Source: an uncultured delta proteobacterium (GTDB lineage Bacteria > Myxococcota > Myxococcia > Myxococcales > Myxococcaceae). From it: a stretch of 64,000 bases of DNA. Shown here in pieces: positions 42,451 to 53,774 of this stretch (its first letter is position 1; every line of letters starts with the position of its first letter). The notes beneath the pieces are model-generated. The model was not told the DNA's origin. It saw only the letters and a list, made by a program, of their open reading frames with translations, and made no database searches. Both the position numbers and the translations under genes were made by a program. Location of the stretch: positions 864,001 to 928,000 of the forward strand of contig CAVQKE010000004.1 of assembly GCA_963713045.1 (NCBI GenBank). Reading direction: 5' to 3'.

Positions 42451-44391
42451 CTAGGCGGCTCGCGGTTTCACCTGACTGGCGGAGAGCGCGTACCAGGCGG
42501 TGCGGAAGGACTTCAGCTCCCGCAGCCCTGCTGGATGGCGACCCAGGGCAGGAGCCACCGTAATCGGCAACCCGATGGTCTTCTCGAGCGCCTTGGCCAC
42601 GTCCAACTCCAGTCGGCGTCGGTTTTCGCAGATGGAGCAGGTGGAGCGGGGCAACACCCGGTTGACCAGAACCCGCTCGACCGCCAGCCGCCGCCCCTTG
42701 AGTTCCTCCACCAGCCGCTCAGTGCGGGCCGCGGACAGTTCCTCGCCCCGCGTCACCACCACGAAGCGCGCTTCGGCAGGGTTGATGAGGGCGTCCTCGA
42801 AGCGCTTGACGTGCTTGAGGAGCGCGGCGACCTCGTCGGCCAGCTCGCCCAAGCCTTTGGCTCGGTACTTGGTCAGCACCGCGAGAAGCGCTGTCAGCCA
42901 GGGGCGCGCCATCGCCGGCAAGTCCACCAGGCGGACAGCCACTGCGGCGGGCCCCGGGTCAACGACAATCCGCTTGAAACGCTCCTGCACCAAAGCGTCA
43001 GTGAGGACGCTGAACGCCGCCAAATCCTCGAGTCCCGCCGGTGCGAGGTCGAGCAGGTTGCGCAGCACCTCGCGGTCCGGCCCATCCTGTTTGCCGAAGA
43101 CTTCAAAGGCACGCTCCGCCCGCTCCCGCAGCCGCTTGCGCAGGGCGGTAAACCAGCCGGCGACGTCGAGCTCGCGCGCATACAGGCCTTTGGTACCCTT
43201 CACCTGCGTCTCGGTGTCGGTCAGCCGACTCTGCAGCACGTCGGAGAGGGAGTGCGCCGGGTCGACGCTGATGAGCAGGACAGGCCCTTCCTTCTCCGTC
43301 AGGGTGACTGCTGCCGCTGCGGCACACGAGGACTTCCCCACCCCGCCCTGGCCGACAAAGAAGATGAGGCGCGTGGGAGGAAGGGGTGGCGCGGCAATGG
43401 GCGGCATGGACGGCGCCCGCACCAAAGCAGGCGGTCCCTCCGCCGGGCCGAACTCCAGTGCCTTGGTCTCCTTGTGCGACGCCCACTCCTTGCCGAAGGC
43501 CCGGAGTTCGTCCGGATTCCGCGGCGGTTCCTCCCGACGACCGATGAGGTAGACGGGGAGATTCTTGTCCAACGACTGGTACTTACGGACGTGCGGGGCC
43601 TGCAGCCCGCGGCGGCCCTGACAGGCTGGACACCCCCCCTTCTGCTCGACGCCGTTGACGACAATTTCCGCCAGCGGCAGACCACGCTCGCGCACTTGGG
43701 TGAAGAAGAAGCGCGTCTGGGCCTCAACCACCGGCTCGGCAAGGGTCACCAGGTGCAGGGCGGTGCGGGCCGGGTCGCGCATCAACGCGGTGAAGCGCTC
43801 TAGCTCCGCAACCAAGACGTCCAGCGGCCCCTCGGGGGCGGCCACCGGCTCCTTCTTGGCGGCCCGGGGAGCGGGACGCTCACCGCGAGCGAGTTGAATC
43901 GCCCGCCGCAACAAGGCAGCGAGGTCAAAGACACGCAGGAACATGCTGGTCGAAGCACCGTCGACCACCACCCGGTCCACCGCATGCGACTCGAGGAGGC
44001 TGGCCAGCTGGAGCATGCCCAAGAGGGGCTCGAGCCCAGGCGGGAATTCGCTCACCACCCGCCCCAAGTCCTCCTCGCTTAAGAGCAACCCCTTGACCGC
44101 AGCGCCGGTCAGCAGGGCGCGAATCTCCTCCAGCCTTGGCTGCACCAGGGAGGGGTCAAACACCTGGACAGAGAGGCCACCTTCGCCCTTCCCCGTGACG
44201 AAACGCGTGGGCTTCCCCGAAAGCTTTCGCTTCCAGAGGTCCGATAGGCCCTGGCTGGCCTCCATCGAGGCCAGCAGGATGGACTCCTTCGGGGCGTTTT
44301 CGGCTAGGTTGAGCGCGAACGCAGAGGCCAGGGTGCTTTTTCCAACGCCCCCTTTGCCTCCAAACAGGTGCAACACGGGTCCTTCGCTCAT
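42451..44391 (-). CDS. Tandem ArsA/Get3-family ATPase
   Basis: Two domains, GKGGVGKST and GQGGVGKSS/DPAHSLSD, each followed by VN...CxxC; no ars genes nearby. Confidence 0.85.
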   Translation of the reverse strand: MSEGPVLHLFGGKGGVGKSTLASAFALNLAENAPKESILLASMEASQGLSDLWKRKLSGKPTRFVTGKGEGGLSVQVFDPSLVQPRLEEIRALLTGAAVKGLLLSEEDLGRVVSEFPPGLEPLLGMLQLASLLESHAVDRVVVDGASTSMFLRVFDLAALLRRAIQLARGERPAPRAAKKEPVAAPEGPLDVLVAELERFTALMRDPARTALHLVTLAEPVVEAQTRFFFTQVRERGLPLAEIVVNGVEQKGGCPACQGRRGLQAPHVRKYQSLDKNLPVYLIGRREEPPRNPDELRAFGKEWASHKETKALEFGPAEGPPALVRAPSMPPIAAPPLPPTRLIFFVGQGGVGKSSCAAAAAVTLTEKEGPVLLISVDPAHSLSDVLQSRLTDTETQVKGTKGLYARELDVAGWFTALRKRLRERAERAFEVFGKQDGPDREVLRNLLDLAPAGLEDLAAFSVLTDALVQERFKRIVVDPGPAAVAVRLVDLPAMARPWLTALLAVLTKYRAKGLGELADEVAALLKHVKRFEDALINPAEARFVVVTRGEELSAARTERLVEELKGRRLAVERVLVNRVLPRSTCSICENRRRLELDVAKALEKTIGLPITVAPALGRHPAGLRELKSFRTAWYALSASQVKPRAA

Positions 44392-44520
44392 GAAGTATGG
44401 ACGCCCTTCCTGAAACCTGCGCTCGGCGCCTCGACGCTCGAATCACACCGGGGCGCGCCGTCTTCAACCGGCAAACTGCCAACCCAGGCCCCTTGGGGCT
44501 GACCCAAGCCGAAGCGAGAC

Positions 44521-44550
44521 ATTATTCTCCGCCAGCATCCAAAAAGTCAA
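44521..44550 (-). promoter_or_regulatory. Putative sigma-70-type promoter for the ArsA-like/accA/hisC/cmk operon
   Basis: Minus strand TTGACT-18 nt-AATAAT, about 130 nt upstream of the ATG. Confidence 0.45.
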
Positions 44551-44575
44551 GGCATAGCGGCACGTTGGGCGGTGG

Positions 44576-45049
44576 CTACCCCGGAACGGCCCCAGGCGCC
44601 ACGGCCTCCGAGGCTGGACCCACCGCCTCGGCAAGGCTCACCAACTCAATCTCCAGCCGAGCCGCGACGTCAAAAATGCGCGGGTCCCGGTAGAACTCCC
44701 CGTAAACAATCCGGACGATGCCGGCGTTGGCCACCAGTTTGAAGCACGGCCAACACGGGCTCGCTGTCGTGTACAGAGAGCTGCCCTCGATGCGAACCCC
44801 GGTGCGCGCGGCCTGAAGCACCGCGTTGGCCTCTGCGTGCACGGTGGCCACGCAGTGCCCATTCTCCATCAGGTGGCCCACTTCGTCGCAGTGCGGCATC
44901 CCCCGGATGGAGCCGTTGTAGCCGGTGGAGAGGATGATGCGGTCCCGGACCAGGACCGCCCCCACGTGCTTGCGGTCACAGGTGGCACGGGTGGCCACCT
45001 GACGCGCGATTTCCATGAAATACTGGTCCCAGGAGGTTCGCGGGCTCAT
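44576..45049 (-). CDS. dCMP deaminase (ComEB family)
   Basis: SWDQYFM, RATC, TGYNG, HAEANA, SPCWPC zinc motif. Confidence 0.9.
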   Translation of the reverse strand: MSPRTSWDQYFMEIARQVATRATCDRKHVGAVLVRDRIILSTGYNGSIRGMPHCDEVGHLMENGHCVATVHAEANAVLQAARTGVRIEGSSLYTTASPCWPCFKLVANAGIVRIVYGEFYRDPRIFDVAARLEIELVSLAEAVGPASEAVAPGAVPG

Positions 45050-45093
45050 CCCACCTTCTTAATTGTCATGCCGGGCTGACGCACAACCGTCGC

Positions 45094-47328
45094 TTACTGC
45101 CCGTAACGCTTCCGGGTGAGGAAGAGGATGGCTTCCTTGGCGCAGGCGTCGCAGTAGCCGAAGCGCTCCCGCATCACCGCCAAGGTGGCGTCCACCGCTT
45201 GCAACTCGCGCGCGCTCAGCGCCGAGCGCTCGTCGGAGAGGGCGCGCAGCAGGTTTTCACTGTTGCGGCTCAGCGCCTTCTTGCGCTCCTCGAAGAAGTG
45301 GGCCCGCAGCCGTCGAAACAGGTCGGGGAAAATCCGGGGGTAAGCCATCGGCCCCTCCGGGTTCTCGAGTTTGTGGGCGCCGACCTGGGCGATGAGGCCC
45401 CGACGGAACTCGCCCGAGTCGTCTCCCCGCGGCATGACGATGGCCTCCATCTCCGCCATCCGCTTCTCGTCCGGACGCTCCATGTCCCCGGTGATGCGAT
45501 TGCGCAGCTTCTCGTTCTTCACCCAGTGACTCACATGCTGGATGTACCTCTCGAAGAGGTCGACGTACTGGCCCTCTGAAATCAGCCCCATCGACTCGCG
45601 GACTTCGGCGTCGACCGCCTCGAGGTATTCCAGCTCGACCGCACGCACGAATTCCTCCGGGTCGTGGTAGCCATCCACCACCTCCTCCTGGAGAAATTCG
45701 TAAACGCTCTTGTCCTGACAGAGCGCCGAGAGTTCCTCGAGCACCGCCAGCGCGCTCAAACACCGGTAGTCGGCGTTCTGTGCGGCGTTGAAGAGCGCCG
45801 TTTTGATTTCGCGAGCACTGGCGCCGGTCCGTCCCTCGTAGTGTGGGTAGGCCTCGGACTCCTCGTACAGCGCCCCCAGCTGCTGTCGCAGCTCCTTGGC
45901 CTGGCTGAGGCTGAGCCGGTCGGGCGGCGTCCCATCCTGGTAGAGGTGCAGCTTCTCGACCGGGGTGAGCTGGTCAATCAGCTCGCGCACGCCCTCCGGA
46001 TAGTGCTCCACCACTGGCTTCTTGAGGCGCGTCAACACCGCCCACATCGCTGCCACCGCAGTGGCATGAGGAGCGAGGTGCTTGCCCACGGTGACGGCCG
46101 TCACCTGCGCGTCGTACACCTCCTGTTCCACCTTCCACCGGCGCAGGTAGGGGACCCGCACCAACTCAATGCGGCCCTTGAAGGAAGCGAAATCCGGAAG
46201 CTCCTTGAAGGCGGTGAGGTGTTTTTCGTTGCTGGAGGCGAGCAGCACCTCATCCAGCTGGAGGACAAAGTGCTCCATCGGCACCTCGCCGGTCTCACTG
46301 AAGCCCAACAGGTATTTAAAGGCCTCGAGGGGACGCTTGAGGAGGTCCGCGTATTCGATGAGGCCTCGGTTGGCGTTGACCAGCGGCCCTTGCGGCTCAA
46401 ACAGGACGACGTTGTGCAGCGAGGCTGGCAAGTGCGTCTGGCTGCGGTCGGAGGTCATCTGGTGGTAGCTCGCGTCGACCGACAGCTGAGGCTCCACCGT
46501 CACGGCTCCCTCCAAGTAATGCCGCGACAGGTAAAAGCGCTCTACTTGGACGTGGCGGAGCACCTTGAAATAATCACCACCGCCGGCAGCCAGCAGGGCT
46601 CCGTACACCCGGCGGCACTTGTGGCACAGCTCCCCCTCCAGCATGTATTCGGAAAGCAGCAAGTCGCTCTTCCCATCCGCTCCGGACTGAAGCGCTGGTT
46701 CTAGGAGTCGCCGCCGTTCCGGTCTTGGAAGCAGAAACAGCGGATGGTCGCGCAGCTCGCAGGCCATCCGGACATCCACTTGCTCTGAGTCGAGGTGAGC
46801 CCAGGACGCGAGGTTGCCGCCTTCCCCGGGCCGCTCCCCGAAGCCGATGTTGCCCTTGGTGAGCTTGTCGCTCGGGAAGACCCAGGCGATTCGGTACAGG
46901 GCGCCATCCGGCTCGCGCGAGTAGCGCTCCAAACCGCGCATCAGGGCGTCGACCAGGCTCGACTTGGCCGAGCCGTTGGGCCCGTGAAGAAGGATGAGTT
47001 TGTTGACGCGGCCGGTGCGCGCGAAGTTGCCCACCAGCCGGTAGATGGCGTTTTGCACTTCCTCCTGGCCCGCCACCCTGCCCTGACGCTCGCCTTCGGT
47101 GAGGTCGAAAATCTTGAAGCGCCGGACCGTGCCGCTGGGGTGCGGCACCGCCGTCGAGCCAAAGAATTCCAACGCGTCGCGCAGGTACTGCGCCGCATTG
47201 CGCGCCTGCGACCGAGGCCGTTGCAGCACCAACTCGACGTACTCCTCGTAGGACAGCAGCGTGCGGTTCTGGACGAAGTCGCGGCCGACCTCCTTTCCAA
47301 CACTGTCGAGACATTCCTTTGCGTTCAC
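45094..47328 (-). CDS. prkA: PrkA/YeaG-family AAA+ ATPase (annotated serine protein kinase)
   Basis: LHGPNGSAKS, ANRGLIEYADLLK, SSNE, VPYL, GASAREI, FGYC C-terminus. Confidence 0.85.
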   Translation of the reverse strand: MNAKECLDSVGKEVGRDFVQNRTLLSYEEYVELVLQRPRSQARNAAQYLRDALEFFGSTAVPHPSGTVRRFKIFDLTEGERQGRVAGQEEVQNAIYRLVGNFARTGRVNKLILLHGPNGSAKSSLVDALMRGLERYSREPDGALYRIAWVFPSDKLTKGNIGFGERPGEGGNLASWAHLDSEQVDVRMACELRDHPLFLLPRPERRRLLEPALQSGADGKSDLLLSEYMLEGELCHKCRRVYGALLAAGGGDYFKVLRHVQVERFYLSRHYLEGAVTVEPQLSVDASYHQMTSDRSQTHLPASLHNVVLFEPQGPLVNANRGLIEYADLLKRPLEAFKYLLGFSETGEVPMEHFVLQLDEVLLASSNEKHLTAFKELPDFASFKGRIELVRVPYLRRWKVEQEVYDAQVTAVTVGKHLAPHATAVAAMWAVLTRLKKPVVEHYPEGVRELIDQLTPVEKLHLYQDGTPPDRLSLSQAKELRQQLGALYEESEAYPHYEGRTGASAREIKTALFNAAQNADYRCLSALAVLEELSALCQDKSVYEFLQEEVVDGYHDPEEFVRAVELEYLEAVDAEVRESMGLISEGQYVDLFERYIQHVSHWVKNEKLRNRITGDMERPDEKRMAEMEAIVMPRGDDSGEFRRGLIAQVGAHKLENPEGPMAYPRIFPDLFRRLRAHFFEERKKALSRNSENLLRALSDERSALSARELQAVDATLAVMRERFGYCDACAKEAILFLTRKRYGQ

Positions 47329-47504
47329 CCGAGCTCCCCTGTCCTACCGATGCCGACAGTCTCGCCTGTGCCGCCCCTCGCCGGAAGCCCCACCGCCGGT
47401 TCCTTGCTGGGCGGCGGCGCGAAACAGGCGCTCCCCCGGTTTTCGGCTAACCTTGGAGGACTCGGCCGCCCTGGCCGCCCGACGGAGAGTCCACGGTTCC
47501 CCTG

Positions 47505-49025
<1,521 letters not shown>

Positions 49026-49112
49026 CTGCCCCAAGGCGTGTCGGGTGTTGCATCTTTTTCTTTCGTGATTCCGTAGGCTTGCGTTGAGCCGAGATGCATT
49101 TGGCCAGCGCCG

Positions 49113-49139
49113 TGTCGATTTTGACGGGGCCTCTTCGAC
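49113..49139 (+). promoter_or_regulatory. ECF42-type promoter
   Basis: TGTCGA-17 nt-CGAC upstream of the DGPF genes, matching the ECF42 consensus (-35 TGTCGA, -10 CG[A/T]C). Confidence 0.72.
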
Positions 49140-49185
49140 GAACCCTCCAGAGGCCCCCAAAAGGGCAAAACCCCGGAGACCAACC

Positions 49186-49608
49186 ATGCGAGTGATGGTG
49201 ATTGTGAAGGCGAACAAGCAGTCCGAGACCGGAGCACTTCCTGACCAACGGATTCTCAGCGAGATGGGCAAGTTCAACCAACAGCTGGTGAAGGCAGGTG
49301 TGCTGCTGGCGATGGAGGGCCTCAAAGCGAGCGCCGCAGGAAAGCGCGTGCGCTTCGAGGGTTCGAAGAAGACGGTGACGGATGGACCCTTCGGTGAGAC
49401 CAAGGAGCTCATCGGCGGCTTCTGGTTGTGGCAGGTGAAGTCGATGGACGAGGCCGTCGAGTGGCTCAAGCGCAGCCCTTTCCAGGAGGGTGAAGTCGAG
49501 ATTCGTCCGGTCTTTGAACTGGACGACTTCGCCCCCAGCGACCCCTCGGGCAACCTCCGCAAACAGCAGCAGGCGCTCCGCGAGACGGTCGAGTCGCGTC
49601 ATTCCTAA
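49186..49608 (+). CDS. YciI/DGPF-domain protein
   Basis: MRVMVIVKA, VTDGPFGETKELIGGFW, VEIRP; GGAG SD. Confidence 0.92.
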   Translation: MRVMVIVKANKQSETGALPDQRILSEMGKFNQQLVKAGVLLAMEGLKASAAGKRVRFEGSKKTVTDGPFGETKELIGGFWLWQVKSMDEAVEWLKRSPFQEGEVEIRPVFELDDFAPSDPSGNLRKQQQALRETVESRHS

Positions 49609-49636
49609 GGAGAGGAAAGAAAGGAGAAAACCCAAC

Positions 49637-49972
49637 ATGCGCTTCATGACCTTGTGGCGCCCTGCGCGAAACGCCAAACCACCAAGCAGCGAGGAGATGG
49701 GCAAACTGATTGTGGAGATGACCAAAGCGGGTGCACTGGTGGAGACCGGCGGGTGGAACCCCACATCGCCTGCCACCGTCCTTAAGAATTCGAACGGGAA
49801 AGTCAGCGTGACCGACGGCCCTTACGCAGAGACGAAGGAGCTCATCGCGGGCTTCGCTCTGATTGAAGTGAAGTCGAAAGAGGAGGCCACGGAGTGGGGC
49901 ATCCGCTTTCTCAAAATCGCCGGCGAAGGCACCTCCGAGATGCGACCGCTCGGAGATTACGGCTCGAGCTAG
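49637..49972 (+). CDS. YciI/DGPF-domain protein
   Basis: VTDGPYAETKELIAGFALI, EMRP; strong AAGGAG SD. Confidence 0.9.
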   Translation: MRFMTLWRPARNAKPPSSEEMGKLIVEMTKAGALVETGGWNPTSPATVLKNSNGKVSVTDGPYAETKELIAGFALIEVKSKEEATEWGIRFLKIAGEGTSEMRPLGDYGSS

Positions 49973-50064
49973 GGACGGCCGTTCGACCCTCCCGCCCACC
50001 GGCGCGGGCGCGCCGGGGCCAGTTCAGTTGTCGCCGCAGGAACGAGGTGCTGTGATTTGAGGCG

Positions 50065-51333
50065 ATGGCGGAGCGGGACCCTCAGCGGGCGATAGAAGCA
50101 ATCTGGCGCATTGAATCGGCGAGAGTCATCGCCGGTCTCGCCCGACTGGTGCGTGACGTCGGCTTGGCCGAGGAGCTCGCCCAGGACGCATTCGTCGCCG
50201 CTTTGACGCAGTGGCCCCAGTCGGGCGTCCCGGACAAGCCGGGCGCCTGGCTGATGGCCGTGGGGAAGCGTCGAGCGATTGACTTGTTGCGGAGGCAAGA
50301 GCGCCAGGGCCGAAGCCAGCTGGCGCTGAGCGCTTCCATCGAGGAGGCGAGCGCCGTCGGCCCCGAGGAGCTGGACGCGGCACTGGACGATGAAGTGGGT
50401 GACGAGTTGCTCCGCCTGGTCTTCATTGCGTGCCATCCCGTCCTGCCGGAGGAGTCCCGGGTCGCGTTGACGCTGCGCCTCCTCGGTGGCTTGACGACCG
50501 GCGAAATCGCGCGCGCCTTTCTCGTCCCTGAGGCCACCATCGCCCAGCGCATCGTCCGAGCGAAGCGGACCCTTTCCGAAGAACGCGTCCCCTTCGAGCT
50601 TCCTTACGGCTCGGACCTCACTGAGCGGCTCTCGTCTGTCCTGGCGGTGGTTTACCTCGTCTTCAACGAGGGCTATTCCGCCACCGCTGGCCACGACTGG
50701 GTGAGGCCCGAACTGTGTGAGGACGCGCTCCGGCTGGGCCGCCTCATCGCCGAGCTGCTTCCGAACGAGGCTGAAGTCCACGGCCTGGTCGCGCTGATGG
50801 AGATTCAAGCCTCGCGGTTGAAAGCGAGGACCGGTCCCTCCGGAGAACCCGTCCTGTTGCACCAGCAAGACCGCGCCCGATGGGACCAACTGCTCATCCG
50901 CCGCGGACTGACAGCTTTAGCCCGTGCTGAGGCGCTGGGCATCCCCCCTGGCCCGTACGTGCTCCAGGCTGCCATCGCCGCGCTCCACGCGCGCGCGCCA
51001 ACGGCAGAGGCAACGGACTGGTCCGGCATCGTGTCGCTTTACGGGGCACTGAGGCGGGTCGCACCCTCTCCAGTGGTGGAGTTGAACCGCGCCGTCGCCG
51101 TCGGGATGGCCTCCGGTCCGGCCGCGGGCCTGGCGCTGGTGGACAAGCTGCGTTCGGAGTCATCGCTCAAGCACTACCACTTGCTGCCCAGTGTGCGCGG
51201 GGACTTTCTGGTCAAGCTCGCGCGCTTTGGCGAGGCACGTGCAGAGTTTGAGCGCGCGGCAAGCCTTACCCGCAACGCCCGCGAGCAGACCCTACTCCTC
51301 GAGCGCGCCGCCGCATGCACACCGGCTGGCTGA
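50065..51333 (+). CDS. ECF sigma factor, ECF42 group, with C-terminal TPR-like extension
   Basis: DVGLAEELAQDAF, LRLVFIACHP, YLVFNEGY, QDRARWD, YVLQAAIA, VVELNRAVAV; downstream of two DGPF genes. Confidence 0.9.
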   Translation: MAERDPQRAIEAIWRIESARVIAGLARLVRDVGLAEELAQDAFVAALTQWPQSGVPDKPGAWLMAVGKRRAIDLLRRQERQGRSQLALSASIEEASAVGPEELDAALDDEVGDELLRLVFIACHPVLPEESRVALTLRLLGGLTTGEIARAFLVPEATIAQRIVRAKRTLSEERVPFELPYGSDLTERLSSVLAVVYLVFNEGYSATAGHDWVRPELCEDALRLGRLIAELLPNEAEVHGLVALMEIQASRLKARTGPSGEPVLLHQQDRARWDQLLIRRGLTALARAEALGIPPGPYVLQAAIAALHARAPTAEATDWSGIVSLYGALRRVAPSPVVELNRAVAVGMASGPAAGLALVDKLRSESSLKHYHLLPSVRGDFLVKLARFGEARAEFERAASLTRNAREQTLLLERAAACTPAG

Positions 51334-51358
51334 GTTGAACCGTCGCGCCCCCTCGTCC

Positions 51359-53509
51359 CTAGAGTGAGAGCGGGTTACCCATCGGGTCGAGCTTCTGCAC
51401 TCCGACGTGGAGGCCCAGGACCGGGGGGCCGTTGAATTGCGCCCCGGTGGTGTAGCCGAGGTAGAGGTCGCCAAGGCTGTCCGCCACCGCCACCCCTCCG
51501 CTCAGCGCGGTGACACCGGGGTCGAAGGTTGCCCAAGGCGACAAGGCGTTCGCCTGGTAGCCGTAGAAGGCGACATAGGCGCTCTGGTTTGCGCCGCCCG
51601 CGTTCACCGTCCCAGTGAGCACCAATTCCTGGGGGTTGGTTAAGGGGTTAAAGGCAAGGCCGGTGAGGCCTTCGTCGGCGGCAGTTCCGAATTGGATGGC
51701 CCACAGCGCGTTGCCATTCTCACCATAGCTGGCCAGCACCGCGTCCAACCCCCCCTGGGACGTCTGTCCGGGCAACGTTCCGTCGGTGAAGCCCCCGGCA
51801 TAGACATTGTTGGCGGAGTCTGTCGCGACCGCGTTGAGGCCCAGCTGCGTTCCGCCGTTCGGAGCCAGCGTGCCGACCCACACCGGTGTGCTGGAGGTGT
51901 TCGCCTGAACCTGCGTGACGAAGCCGACCGGGTTGCTCGAGCCACCCTGGAGCCCTCCGTTGGTCGAGCCGACCAAGTCATAGGCGCCGCGGACGTCGAC
52001 GGAAATGCCCTGGAAGAAGGGCAGACGCAGTGCCGGGATGGGCGACACCAGGGTGAGGAGTCCACCGTTCGGGCCGTCGCAACCCCCCGCTGTGCACCGC
52101 TGCACCACGCCCAGCGGGGGCGTCGCACAGTTGCCGGCGGCATAGACGGCCTGGTACTGGTCCAAGGCGACGCCGAACGCCGCGCACTGGGTGGTGTTGA
52201 TGCCATCAAAGGGACCAATGTCTTCCCGCCATTTGAAGTTCCCGTCTTTGTCGTAGCTGAGGAGGAAGCCTGCCGCGAGCGCCGTCGTCGGCCCGGGAGG
52301 CCCGGGCGTCCATTGGCGCCCCTCGGTGTAACCGCTGATGAAGACGTTGCCACCGGTGTCAGCCACCACGCCGGTGACGTAGTCGGTCACTGGCGTTCCA
52401 AATTGGTGGACCCAAAGCAGGTTGCCGTACTGGTCAAACTTGGCGACGAAGCCGTCTTGTTCCCCCAAGCTTTGGGACAAGTCGAAATGGCCGTTCTGAG
52501 TGACTCCCGCGACGTAGGCGCCGCCGCCCAGCAAGTCGGTCGCCACGGCAATGCCGTAGTCCTGCGGGGCGTTCAAGGAGCTGTCCGGCGTGGACGCAAG
52601 CACCGCCGGCCAGCCGCTGTCGATGGTGAGCGTCGTGTCCGTGTACTGGGTGGTGTCCTCCGTCGGCACGGCGCGGAGCACCACCGTCGTCTCCGACAGG
52701 ACGTTCGGTGCGGTGTAGGTGACGACGCTTGACGTGTTGGACGCCGTGATGGTGCCGCCGCCACTGAGGACGGACCAGGTGACGTCCTGGCTCACCCCCG
52801 CCGGGCCGCTGACCGTGCCGTTGACGTTGATGGTTTGCCCGGAAAACAGCCGCAGCGTGTCGGGCGTCACCACCACAGCGATTGACTGGAGGGTCACGCT
52901 CGCCGTGCCAAACACGGTGGCATCCGCCGTCGATGTGGCACGGACCACCACAGTTTGCGCGGCCGCCACCGTGGCCGGCGCCAGGTACTGGACGCTGCTG
53001 CCACTGGTCGCGGACAGCGTGCCCGGGCCCGAGGCGTCGATGCTCCAGACGAAACCCGGGACGCTGCTTGGGGCCGAGGCGTTCAGCGTCGCGCTCTGGC
53101 CGCCAAAAAGCGAGGTGGGGTTGGCCGTCACCTGCACCACCGCTGCGCTTGCCGGTGAAACGGTAAGCGTCACCGTGCCGGACTTGGTGGCGTCCTCGGT
53201 GGAGGTGGCTCGGATGACGACTGGCGTGGCAACAGCCATGCTGGGTGCGGTGTACGTCGCGCCCTGGCCTTGCGGCACCAGCCCCGGCCCCCCACCGTCG
53301 ACGCTCCAGGTGACGGTGGCGTTGAATTGGCCGGAGCCAAGGACGGTGGCAGTGAGGACACTCGACTGGCCCGGCTGAAGCGCCGTCTGGGTCGCGGTGA
53401 CACCCACCGACGTTATGGCGCTTGAGTTGCAGCCGAAGGCCACCAGCAGGCTCACCAACGCTGCAGGACTGCGTCCGATGCCCCTTCTCTTCACCGGCGC
53501 CGCCCTCAT
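51359..53509 (-). CDS. Lipoprotein with three Ig-like repeats and an SBBP-type beta-propeller
   Basis: Lipobox AFG|C; three repeats of VT..GQ....A.V....VTWSV..GG......Y.AP......VRA...D; propeller motifs DGFVAKFD..GNLLW..QFGT, NNVYAGGFTDG. Confidence 0.78.
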   Translation of the reverse strand: MRAAPVKRRGIGRSPAALVSLLVAFGCNSSAITSVGVTATQTALQPGQSSVLTATVLGSGQFNATVTWSVDGGGPGLVPQGQGATYTAPSMAVATPVVIRATSTEDATKSGTVTLTVSPASAAVVQVTANPTSLFGGQSATLNASAPSSVPGFVWSIDASGPGTLSATSGSSVQYLAPATVAAAQTVVVRATSTADATVFGTASVTLQSIAVVVTPDTLRLFSGQTINVNGTVSGPAGVSQDVTWSVLSGGGTITASNTSSVVTYTAPNVLSETTVVLRAVPTEDTTQYTDTTLTIDSGWPAVLASTPDSSLNAPQDYGIAVATDLLGGGAYVAGVTQNGHFDLSQSLGEQDGFVAKFDQYGNLLWVHQFGTPVTDYVTGVVADTGGNVFISGYTEGRQWTPGPPGPTTALAAGFLLSYDKDGNFKWREDIGPFDGINTTQCAAFGVALDQYQAVYAAGNCATPPLGVVQRCTAGGCDGPNGGLLTLVSPIPALRLPFFQGISVDVRGAYDLVGSTNGGLQGGSSNPVGFVTQVQANTSSTPVWVGTLAPNGGTQLGLNAVATDSANNVYAGGFTDGTLPGQTSQGGLDAVLASYGENGNALWAIQFGTAADEGLTGLAFNPLTNPQELVLTGTVNAGGANQSAYVAFYGYQANALSPWATFDPGVTALSGGVAVADSLGDLYLGYTTGAQFNGPPVLGLHVGVQKLDPMGNPLSL

Positions 53510-53774
53510 GGGGTGAAGGCAGGCGACCGGTTGGAACAACGCAAAGCGCATGACTTCCTCGGAAGAAAAAGACAACGCACGTGCGCGCGCAACCTACACC
53601 TCGGGGAAGCAGGGCCTCAATGCGACTCGTGCCGCGTCCGCTTCAGGCCTGTGCGGGTGGGGCGAACTTTGCCGCCACCGACGCGGCCACCGACTGCTCT
53701 GCATCCCCGGGGGGGAGTTGCCCCAGCAGCGCCAGGGAACGGGTTACTGGGGAAGAAAGCGCGCCGAGGCGGCT

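Noticed and set aside
42451..44391. Arsenic resistance locus
   Set aside because: No arsB/acr3, arsC, arsD or arsR nearby; the DTAP motifs are altered and the context is housekeeping.
44392..44520. Long leader of the ArsA-like gene as SRP RNA or a riboswitch
   Set aside because: Only short hairpins; the conserved SRP domain IV and known riboswitch motifs are absent.
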